From Nymphaea colorata (lineage: Eukaryota): a stretch of 64,000 nt of DNA. The stretch lies in assembly GCF_008831285.2 (NCBI RefSeq), contig NC_045138.2, positions 32,922,001-32,986,000 on the forward strand, read 5' to 3'. The notes below the pieces were generated by a model. It was not told where the DNA came from, did not search any database, and saw only the letters and a list, made by a program, of their open reading frames with translations. Within the stretch, counting starts at the first letter, position 1. The number at the start of each line of letters is the position of its first letter. A program made the translations under genes and the position numbers. Below are positions 11,894-23,476 of the stretch, one piece after another.

Positions 11894-13052
11894 TAAATAT
11901 CCATATTTCATTGCCAATGAAGATATCTCAATATATTGAGCTGTAATGGTTCCAAACCTTTATTGAATTAGTCTGATTGGATTGGGCATTATGTTCTCTC
12001 CTATTTTATCAGGTTGTCATGATGTGTAGATACATTATTTGTCTACCTTCCATTTTATGATATACGAAGTTGAAAATATGACAAAGATTTATTCATGGTG
12101 ATTTTCTTTTCTTCTTCCCTATCATAAGAGGAGAAACCTTTTCATAATTGTAAATAACTTTTTCGTGTGAAAAGTTCGTATTAAACACGACTTTCCAACG
12201 TGTGCTAGGCTCCGATACTATCTGTTGGTTAATTTCTGCAGGAAATGTATGTTCTGTAAAAATTTATCATTTAACCTTAGCCCGTGCCAAATTATTTGGA
12301 GTAAACAAAACAGAAAGATATACAGACCTACGAGAAAAGTGAATTAACTTGCGCCTTTTTTTAAAAAAGGGTTTTGCCTTTCGTAGAAGCAAAAATATAC
12401 AAATAAGGTATTTAGACACTGTGGAAACGTTGTATCATACAATTTAACGGAATGCCAAAACCGATGAAACCGCTTCAATTGATCTGATATTACAATGAAT
12501 GGCCAATTGTATATAAGCCGTGAACTAAATTTTCAACATATTTTTCTAGTATGATTTTTCTTTCTGGGCTTCTAAGAAGTTTTAGAATGACTGGATAATA
12601 GGCAATTAGACAGCCGTGGCCAAAAATATTTGACTTGTACCACCATCCTTCATCGGCGTAATCCTGGGAGTCGAGCCTGAACTACTCATAGACTCCGCAG
12701 TATTATCGGTTTCTCTGTTTGCTGATAATCGTTTTATTTTTTGGTGGTCTACAAGACACGCATAAACTGGCTTTGGAGTTTTGGCGTTCCATGAAAGGAT
12801 TGAAGCTAGTTAGGATTTTTGGCACTTCGACTGCTTGTGTTTATGGGTAAAGAAAGTAACTTAGTTGATGTCACGAATTCCGTTTGTCTTCCTTGTCTCT
12901 TTCCACCATCGGGTTTCCCTGTTTCGTTTGTGTTGGTGTCTCTCTCCCTGTCGGGTTTGTGCTACTGGTTTACAAAGATCCTTCCAACACGAATTGCTGT
13001 CCAAGCCATAGCCACAGATCTTTCTTGGACCATATACACGACGACATTTGGC

Positions 13053-13054
<2 letters not shown>

Positions 13055-13096
<42 letters not shown>
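13055..13096. repeat. (GA)n microsatellite
   Basis: Pure GA run; it is the source of the spurious RERERE ORFs. Confidence 0.95.
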
Positions 13097-13099
<3 letters not shown>

Positions 13100-13619
13100 G
13101 TTTCTGTACGAAAACGTACTTATTGGGCGATGCATGTGAGCGGTTTCATGTTCATTTTCATTCAACTTCAATCCTGCAATCTTTGTTTCTGCTATTCTCT
13201 CTCCCGAACTTTTCAGTGTATACGCAAAAATATGCATGTGCGATTGAGTCGCCCCACCAAACTTTTTAAGCAAGTAAAAATTAAAACCAAAATGCGAAGT
13301 TAACTTTGAAGGTAACTTCTTTTAGTCTCCCGAAAAGAGGTGGCTGGGAAGAGGTCCCATACTCTACGGGCAGATGGTATTTGAGCTTCTCTCATTCTCT
13401 CTGTGCCTTTGGGTCCTGAGATCCGTCGGAGTTCACTCTCACTTTTAAAGGTCCCAAGAATTAGCAGCCACTAAAATCAAAGCGCACAAACACTATCCAC
13501 ATGTACCTTGTTCTGACCAGCTATATCCTTTGAGGGCAGATGACATACAGAAGACCATATCAATTAATAGTTTTTATGGCTCCTCTTCCCCTCTCAGTAA
13601 GGTCTAGTTTAGGAGCGTC

Positions 13620-13742
13620 GCATGCTCTATAAAGCATGCTATATATTAGCAAAGATACACAAGATCAGGCTCTATGTGGGTCGACTCTTCTAGAATGAAC
13701 ATACACTGCTGAATCCGTTACACCATGCTTTATAGAGCATGC
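13620..13742. repeat. Perfect 19-bp inverted repeat with 85-nt spacer
   Basis: GCATGCTCTATAAAGCATG (13620-13638) and its exact reverse complement CATGCTTTATAGAGCATGC (13724-13742). Confidence 0.85.
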
Positions 13743-14404
13743 AGTTGTTATACATTACTGATGTTGATTCTTGATTTATGCCTCACGTTCATCTGCAAAA
13801 TCACGTCTACAGAGCGCAATCAGTTGAGGCCGTAGACAGAAAACAGCAACTTCTACGCAACGTAACGATACAATCACAGCGGTTGATGGGCCACAGGAAA
13901 GGACGTGTACCGCCGAGTCCGAAAGGAGATGTTGTCACTTGCCTACGAGACGCAGAAGATCAGAAAATTACAAGAGACGGCAAATGACCTTTCGATGACT
14001 ATCTTGGTGCTATATATAGATGTGCATCCCAACAAAAATCACGAAGCTGCAGGGAAGCATCCGTCGCTCTCAGGCGCCTGACATCTCTCTATCTTTCTCT
14101 CTATACATGTATTATCTGAGGGAGTGCTCATGTGTTCGACCTCCTTCAAAAGAGACCACGTCAAGTATATAGAACAAGGTGTCCAACTTTTTCTTTTGCT
14201 TACAAGGAGCTTTCTAACATGTGTTGACACTCGCCTTTGGATTTTATCGGAAGCTCAAAATGGAGGTGTTTTAATCTTTTCAAGCACCCGATCTGTAAGA
14301 TATTATCAGTTTCTGTGGTATATATGCAAGAGATTAATGAGGTTGATATTCTTATCGTCGATATTTAGCATCATCCAAATTCTCTATTATTTCTAGGTGT
14401 GAGA

Positions 14405-14440
<36 letters not shown>

Positions 14441-14542
14441 CGAGAGAGAGAGAGATTCTTACTGTTATAAGTTGTAGAGGAGTTCTGTTATTACATAACC
14501 GGGCTTGGGGGAAGAGAGAGAGAGAGAGAGAAAGCGAGGGAG

Positions 14543-17500
14543 ATGGACAAAACTGAAGAAGGAGAAGAGGAAGAAGACAGCCAGACTAGTTCACATGATA
14601 ATGGAGATCAAACATCTGATCAGAAGCATAGCCAGGGGATAGTTCTGGACCCCAGGAGCAGGCTGATCCAGGAATGGAACAGGGTCTTCCTTCTAATCAG
14701 CGGCGTTGGCTCGGCGGTCGACCCTCTCTTCTTCTACACCCTGTCCGTGAGCAGCCGGTGCAACTGCGTCTACATAGACGGGTGGCTTGCGCTGACAGTG
14801 ACGGCGCTGAGGTGCATGGCGGATTTCGTGCACCTGTGGCACATCTGGCTGCAACTAAGGTTGGCGTATGTTCCCAAGCCCTCGCTGGTGGCGATGGGCG
14901 GAGGGGGCGGCTGCAGAGTCACCCCCGTAAAGTCGCGCTGCATTACCTCAAATCCAAGAAAGGCTTCCTCTTGGATGCATTTGTCATCCTCCCTCTGCCT
15001 CATGTAAGTAAGCCAGCTCTCTCTCTGTTTCTGCCACACACTCACTCACAACATTGCATGAATCCGTATGGTGGGATGTATCTAATGGTCATAGATACTG
15101 TAACCTAGGAATAACAAGAATTGCATTCAAGTTGCTGTCGGCAGCTGATCTTGCGGCAATTAATTACTTTAGTAATATAGACTTAAACGATATCAACTTG
15201 TTAATAGATGATCTTACAAACTTTTATGTCATTATCATGCTTGCCGGTCTGTAATGATCGTTGATATATACATATATATGTTGAACATTTTCTCATGTTG
15301 TTTTATCTGTAAGAAAAGCCAAAATTTTCCAAATTATTGCAGTCTTATCTTCGCCCTCGTTTGGATGTAGTGGTAAACTGGACGATGGAAAAGCAGCTAG
15401 AGCTTTATCATCCAACCTAAAAGGTAGGCAACCTCCACATGATCTAGTTTGGCATGTGTGCATGTGCCTACACTACCCTTCAATACACGCACACAAAGAC
15501 AGCTGTGCCTGCAAACCGACACAATATGATGCTACTGAATTACTAAATATCGAATTATTTAAACATTTAATAATCATGGGGAAAAGCTTCAGTTATTAAT
15601 TGAGAAATCACAACACTAAACATATTTCAAAAATATATAGAGATTATGAAGCTTGCAAATGCTATTTGTGAAAGCACATTGATAATGATGATGGTGGTGA
15701 TGAGCGACGAGAACGATGCTGTCATAATACAGATGGATGGATATGGGCATGCTCCTCCATGAGGACCCTGGCGTGGGAGATCAGTTCATTTGTCCTTGTG
15801 CTTAGGTAATCTTGCACTGCACGTGTCATGGTTATGTAATTTCATGCGTCGTGCCACATATGGCATGACTTAATCGTTTTCATTTTATCTGTAATGTGCA
15901 TAGTTATCTACCAGTATGTCTTCTTCAGGTGCTGACAGTTAGCCAAGATGACTGTGGTAGGTAGGGCTTATCCCACACAATTAACAGCAATTCAATGAAG
16001 TTGATGGGGATTGTGGTAGCTATATATCGTAGTTATTCGATATTTATGAGTTTTAATCATTTGCGTAAGTTCTTGTATTTGTAAGTACAAGATCTGAGGT
16101 CTAAAAGTTAAAACCCAAGGACTTTTGCTTTGTAACTCAAACATTGGTCTCGGAAAAGAGTAAGTTTCATTCATGCAATTTTATCCTGACCAACTGGCCA
16201 CAACTAGGCGGGACTGATCTCCAAGACCTACTGTGCGCCTTGCCATCTAAACACAAAAATCCAGTTACTTTGAATTGCTTCACGTAGTCTTCCAGCATTA
16301 CTTGTTCATATGAAAGCTAAGTGGCAAAGATTATGCTGTTAACTGATTTTAAACATGCTTTCTTGGCTTGGATTCCTAAGAGTTCAATCCATGGATCTGA
16401 TGTGGTATACTTGGTATGGTTTGCTGATATGATGAAAAATCCACGGAAAAATCCATGTCTTACTTCAGAGCTAAGGTCCATGCTTAAGATTTTTATTTAC
16501 TTCTTTCCATTGAGAAAATGTCGTATTTAAGATTGGAGGTTCCTAGGAGGTCCAATCTTAAATCTACGGTGCCCAGATCCTGAGAATATCAGATCTGGAG
16601 CAATCAAACACTCTAGTTTATGTAATTAACGTACTGAATTGGTAATTGTATATGTCAGCTTGTGGTGTGGGTTGTGGCCCCAATTCTGATCGCCAATGGG
16701 AAGACGACATGGGTGATGACCGTATTTCTGGTGACCTTCCTCTTCCAGTACCTGCCGAAGCTCTACCATGCCACTTCGCTCCTCCGGCGAATGAATGTCT
16801 TTGGGACCATCTGGTGGGGCTTTGCGCTTAACATGATGGCATACTTTGTTGCAGCTCATGTAAGTAAGAGATTGAACACAGGCTCTTTCATCTTCACTCC
16901 AATGTGCAGCGTTCCTATTACCTGCGAATTCATGCATTCAGTTTTTTCTGTCTTACTGATAGGAGGATGTACCTGCATATCACTGTATAGAAAACTTTGT
17001 TATAGACAAATAATTTTGACAAATCCCAATGTGAGATGGGATTCTGGATTCCCAAACATGGAAATCATCTGATGCGCGAATCTGATCCATCGGTATGCAA
17101 TATCAACATCAAACAGTACTGGGTGAAACCAATTATTTAATCTGTTGTGCCTTCAAAAAGCCAGGATCATGTGCCTATCCACATATAGCTAGTACCAGCT
17201 AAATTTGGCTACATAAAACAGACTGGATCAGATCCTTACATCTTCACATGCAACAGTTCCTGGAGTTTCTCCCGTATCACGTTCCACTGTGTAAGTAGGC
17301 AATGCCCATTTTGGTACATTCTAACTACTCTTTCCTCTCCATATTCATACCATATGGTGTTTATACAATGTAATATATGAGTTGTCATCTCCGTCATACC
17401 ATGGTTTTGGCATTCGAGTAGCCTTTCCAGTCCAACCTAAGCAAAGGTCTCTTGTTCTTGTAACAGTGAAAGATCTCTAAGGTGACCTGATTAGACGGCT

Positions 17501-19686
17501 TCTAATGTATCACACCTTCTAGCTAGCATCGATTATGTGAATTTTAGCTTAATGATCTTTTAATGTGTGTAGGCTTCAGGCGCTTGTTGGTACCTGTTAG
17601 GGATCCAGAGGGCTGCAAAGTGCTTGAAAGAGCAGTGCCTTGAAATGGACGGCTGTGGATTGAAGGTGTTGGGTTGTAAAGAGCCCATATACTATGGCGT
17701 TGACGTGGTGAAGGGCGGCATGAGAATGGCATGGGCAGCACACAGAGCCGCTGGTGACGTGTGCCTGGCGAGCAGTGATAAATTCAACTACGGAGCCTAC
17801 AAATGGGTGGTGCCCTTGGTCACTAGCACAAACCGTCTTGAAAAGGTTTTGTTCCCCATCTTTTGGGGACTAATGACATTAAGGTTCAGCTATGACATAT
17901 ATTCATGCAAATTTCATGTGTGTGTGTGTGTTTTCTTAGATAATATGGATCAGCCATTTTTCTTCTGCTTTTTTAGCACGTTCGGAAACTTAGAGAGCAC
18001 TACTGAATGGTCAGAGGTGGTTTTCAACATCATAATCTTGACCAGTGGTTTGGTATTGGTGACCATGCTGATTGGCAACATCAAGGTAATGACAGAAAGA
18101 TAATGCCCATATTATGCACATATTTTTCTTAGCAACACGTTTCATTTTAAACTTAATCACCATTAATGGTTTGCTCAGTCTCTTTCTATATCGTGGGGTG
18201 TGTATGTGCATGCTTTCAAAGCTCTAAAAGGTATGATGGTTACTATGTGTCAAGGTATTCCTCCATGCCACAACTTCGAAGAAGCAGAAAATGCAGCTTA
18301 AGATGAGGAACTTGGAGTGGTGGATGAAGCGGAGGCAGCTGCCTCAGGGCTTCCGGCAGAGGGTCCGGCAGTACGAGCGCCAAAGATGGGCGGCGATGCG
18401 CGGGGTCGACGAATCCAACATGATTAGGAACCTGCCTGAAGGCCTGCGCCGGGACATCAAGTACAACCTATGCCTCGACCTTGTTAGGCAGGCAAGATCG
18501 CTCGCTCACTGTCGACACTCTTGTCGTAATTTATTTTTCTTTTCCTTTTTAAGTTACTAAATTCTTGTGTCTTATTATCCGATTAGGTTCCTCTCTTCCA
18601 ACACATGGACGATCTTGTTCTGGAACACATCTGTGACCGGGTCAAATCGATTATCATCCCAAAGGGAGAACCAGTAAGATCTTAAAAATCCATTCAATCC
18701 ATCTCTCCAAACACCCCATTAGTAAGAAGAATCTTGGAATTCTTGACGTGGTCACGGTATCCGTTCTTGGGGAGCTCTTGTTGAAGAAAATTGATGCAAT
18801 AGATAGATCCTCTTTATAGAATTTTTCCAAATGTTTGGTATGTTCTATTGGTAGATTTTACATCATCATTTATAAAACCTAACAAATATTTGTAAAATAA
18901 AAGCATGAAAATAGGAATATATAATAGGTAAACGAGAATGATTTTTGGCTCCACTGTTGAAATTAGATGGTTAACAACATGCAGGTGATCTTTCGAAGAT
19001 TATGGCTTTCTGTTTCTCGATACCTTACTGACCTTTGAAAATAATGTGGTAAAATAATTGATAATTTCAAAATTAATGTTGCCCTCTTCAATCATGCTTC
19101 ACATCAACTGTTATAAAAGTTCAGAATTAGTAAAGTTATTTGGCTAAGGAAACGAGTATTAATTACACAGATAACGAAGGAAGGAGAACCAGTGGAAAGA
19201 ATGTTGTTCGTGCTAAGAGGCCACCTGCAGAGTACCCAAGTGCTTAGGGATGGCGTGAAGAGCTGCTGCATGCTTGGGCCGGGGAATTTCAGCGGGGACG
19301 AACTTCTGTCTTGGTGTCTGCGCCGCCCTTTCGTCGAACGTCTTCCGCCATCTTCTTTTACGCTGGTGAGCCTAGAGACGACGGAGGCGTTCGGGCTAGA
19401 GGCCGCGGATCTGAAGTACGTGACCCAGCACTTCCGCTACAACTTCATGAATGAGAAGGTGAGGAGGAGCACCAGGTACTACTCCCCTGGCTGGAGGACA
19501 TGGGCAGCTGTTGCCATACAGCTCGCATGGCGCCGGTACCGGCACCGACTGACGTTGACGTCGCTCTCGTTCATCCGGCCGCGCAGGCCCTTGTCAAGAT
19601 CATCTTCTCTAAAGGAGGACAGACTCAGGCTCTACACTGCTATGCTGACATCTCCAAAGCCTGATCAGGAAGATTTCAGTTTCTAG
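14543..19686 (+). CDS. CNGC4: Cyclic nucleotide-gated ion channel, group IV-B, CNGC4/DND2(HLM1)-like; frameshift in exon 1 as assembled
   Basis: Exons 14543-15003, 16659-16859, 17573-17883, 17977-18085, 18255-18491, 18587-18673, 19171-19686. Motifs LDPRS..QEWNRVFLL, VDPLFFY, pore GLMTLSTFGNLES (GNL type as in CNGC4), CNBD GNFSGDELLSWCL and IQ-like WRTWAAVAIQLAWRRY. The frame switches at the G5 run 14903-14907. Confidence 0.9.
16360..16612. mobile_element. Tourist/PIF-like MITE relic in CNGC intron 1
   Basis: Ends in CAATCAAACAC, contains a 12-bp hairpin TTTAAGATTGGA...TCCAATCTTAAA, and resembles in reverse orientation the relic at about 29650-29900 (shared ATCCATGGAT[CT]TGATGTGG). Confidence 0.45.
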
Positions 19687-22600
19687 TTTGAATTTGGATC
19701 CGATCTCCAAGTTTCCAGATCCGTTTTTTGCCTTGATCTAGATCTCATAAGGATTCAAACCACTTCTCTAATATTGTTAGTTTTATAATCATCTCATACA
19801 TATGAAGGTTCCAGCCTCCATGTGTTGAAGTTCTGATCAGGGTTCCTTCTGTTGGATCACGGTGAGTTCCACATGCTTGGATCTTAATCGCTCCCCAACT
19901 TCTTACTCTCGTCAGTGCCCATGTGTTTATGTTTAGATCCTTATCTGTAGCGTGTTGGGCAGATCTTTTTTTTACCATGTAAGAAATCATAAAAGAAAGA
20001 AACCAATAACGATATGTAGGAACATTTTCAAATAAATTTCATCATTCTTAGGCAAGTTTATGTGCATCTTCTTGTGAACCAAATTCATTGATTTGACTGA
20101 CAATCTAAGCCGAGAGTTTAATGACTGTTTCTAAATCATCTGACCTAGTTGGTGATAGGGATGTACAACGAGAAAGCTGAGCTCGAGTTTTCATGTTGCT
20201 CGACTCAACAAATGACATGGTTTTTTAAGGCAATTAAGGGACTAGTGCCTATGGGATTCAAAATTGAGATACGTTGATTATGATGGTGCTCAATAACTAT
20301 CCAACTTGTTAATATTAATTTGCTCCAACTCATGAAATCAAATTACTCTTATGATTTGATAGCTATGTCCAACATTATGTAGCTTGTTTTCAAGTGCTAT
20401 AGGATGATGTCATTCAACATTTTATGGTCGCGAGTCATTCACTAGCAACGATGTTTAGTTTCTCGGCTCTGGGGGTCCCAAAGTACATTGAGATAAGAGA
20501 TAAGTTGTGCATACGCTTCCAAAGTCCTCCTTGCACTATAAAAAGGGGGCACTATTGAACACTATTTTAGGTACAAAATAGTTGTGCAATAATGCTGTAA
20601 GAAAGCACTTATCCTTTGGACCATCCATAACGATGCATGAATTATATTATATGGCTTTTCAGAAGATGTAGAAGTACCAATTCAACGAGTTTAGCAGAAC
20701 CAATATAAAGTCTTTTTTTTCTTTTTATATAGATGAAAAACGCTGATTTTTTGGATTGCCTGGAGAAGTTTGTGACTTGAACTTCTTAAAAGTTCGAAAA
20801 AGAATACACGAGAAACAGGTTTAAGGTATATCTTTGCAATCAATCTGTTGGATTAGCTTTCCCCAATGCTGAAATTGGTGCTATTTGTTTGGCTCCTTGG
20901 TCAAAAACTAATTTGATTTTCAAAATGTGGGGGTAGTTGTGCGTTGGATCCCTACATTCTTAGTGGACTGACTTGACAGGTTATAATAATTTGGTGCTTT
21001 CGACGGGCGGTCCTGTCCTTTCCCCTCATTCAAACGGTTCAAGTTAGACATGGGTCTCGACATATAGATCAGAAGCCACCATATGGATTCCTGATTATGA
21101 CTCATACTGAGTGGAACGGACCTGGTTACATTGTATATGATATATTACTTGATTAAGATTTAGTAATTGTTCTTTTAAAATTTATCTCTGATGGGGTTCA
21201 CACAATAGACGAAACAAAGAATGGCAGGTGGTTGGCATTAGCTTTTCGTGCTTCAAAAAAAAGGGGGAATGAAATACCAATATGCAAGTTAAAATATAGT
21301 GAAGACATCATTCCTATGCACCAAAAACATGCTTGGTACATATCATGTGGAAATGAAAGGTTGGGAGCTTTAGTTCTAGCCATGCAGTAGTATGAAATAC
21401 TACTCCTCCTCACCCAAAATTGTTGTTTAAAAATTTAAAAAGAAAAAGCCCTGAATAAATTGAACTACTATCTTTTGTATATTGATATTAAAAATATCTC
21501 AAATACCTCTGTGAAATTGAGGTATCTTTCCAAACCTCAGTGAAATTCCATGCAGAATATTGAAAACATCTATTAAGATACAAAGTGGTAACAGTAGGGC
21601 ACGTGTGATGAACTCTCAATGTTTTTGAAAAGTAGGCCAATATCACTTTTTAGACTATTTATTTGATGACACAAAATTGAATATTTATTTTGAAGCTACA
21701 TCACAAGAAGAATAAAGACAGATGTCTAGTCACAACATGCGTGTCACGAATTCATGGCTTGAAATTAAACTACAAGAATCATGATTTCAGAAAGGCGCCT
21801 AATCATGATCTAAAGCATAAGCAAGCGATCTGTTCGGAACCAAGCTGTCTTGATCTGCCTTCGGATTCAGTTCATCCATGATTCGCTTCATTAATCTTTG
21901 TTTAAGATTCAAAGATTAAGAAAACAATTAATTTAGTAGAGTCAAACGATAGGTAACAAATGAAAGCTAGAAAAAACGGATCATGTGATTGACCAGGGCG
22001 CGGTCTTGATCTCCTCAATTCTCAAAGCAAGAAAAAATAATCTGAAACAACTTGAGTTTTCACGTGATATGCTTGTTGGAAGAATCCTAAAAAACTATTG
22101 CTTTCTTCTGCCAATTGGTCATAATTGGTGCCTCAGTTCCACAATCTCAAATTTTTCGAATTTCAAAATTTTCCATCAGATGAACGTTACGAATCTTAAA
22201 ATGATGGAACTAGATCATCACACATGTACAGATGGAAAACCACCCCTAGTGACTCTTTAATTTGCTGGAGTCCTTTCATTTGCCTGCTAAAGGAAAAAGA
22301 CAGAATAAGATTGAGAATTCACAGTTTAAATTTCTAAAAGTTCAATCGATCTTCAGATTTTCGAAATCTTTGATTTCTATTGTCGAATATACAGATTTTA
22401 TGAGATCTTAAAAGACAGCCACGTCTTGCATGTAGCTAAAAGTTAAAAAGACAGACGTGTGCGATCGTTGGCGATTAGATCAGTCCCTATCAAGGCTTTA
22501 ATCAAAGCATATTAGAATAACAAAATCTGCTTATGATTTTCTTTTCCCCGAAAGCGTTAAGTTACGCTTTTTAGGGAAGCAAAACAAAGCCAAAGTATAG

Positions 22601-23434
22601 ATGCTTATTCAAAGTCTTATCATTAGAAGAAAGTGGCTTCATCTCTGGCAATTTCTCAAGGGTTTGCCTAATAAGTTGTAAGAATTTTGCCTACTTTATA
22701 AGATGTCTGGATCAAACTGTGGTGGCTCATCATATCATTGACCACATCGAATACTTGTTTGAACTTGGGTTTAAATTATTGGCTTCATGATCCATGTTCC
22801 TCATGTGCTGCCACATGAACATGGATATGGTTGACCGGATCTCACGCTTCTTCTACATGCCCCATGAAGATTTTGCGTGCTCCTTCCGAGATGGCCGTGT
22901 TACTATTCTTTTCTTTTTCCAATGCACCACCGCCAACCGCCATGTGTACGTGTGCCTCTCTCTCTCTCTCTCTCTCTTTATATATATATGTATATATATC
23001 TATAATGTGTGCACGTTCGCAGAGCAAGGGAAGGATATTCGGGCAATAATGATCAAACAGCTATATATTGAGATTTATTAAGGAGCATGTTTTTAGTAAT
23101 GATATTTTCGTATCTCGGAATGACCTACGATGCCATTGAAACAACAGCTCACAGTGCATAAAAAATCTTGTAATACGGAAATTAGGTTTTATAATGGAAG
23201 AACTTGATTCGACGCAGTGTAGTTTATGGTAGAAAAGTGTCTCGAAGGCACACAATTTGATCAAGAGGCAGGGTTTTATAAGCGGTTCAAAGATACTGCT
23301 AACTAGAGAATATATCGCCAACTACCATTGGTTGTAGATCTTGGAGGTTTCTTGATTAAAAACACATATTATATAATAACTTGTGAATTTCAAAACCAAG
23401 TTGTACATGTGTGTGCGTGCGTCTCCAATCTCTC

Positions 23435-23476
<42 letters not shown>

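Noticed and set aside
12819..13303. ORFs containing RERERE or SLSLSL runs
   Set aside because: Produced by the GA microsatellite.
15940..15970. TAGCCAAGATGACT resembles miR169
   Set aside because: One base short, diverges at the 3' end, and has no complementary star arm nearby.
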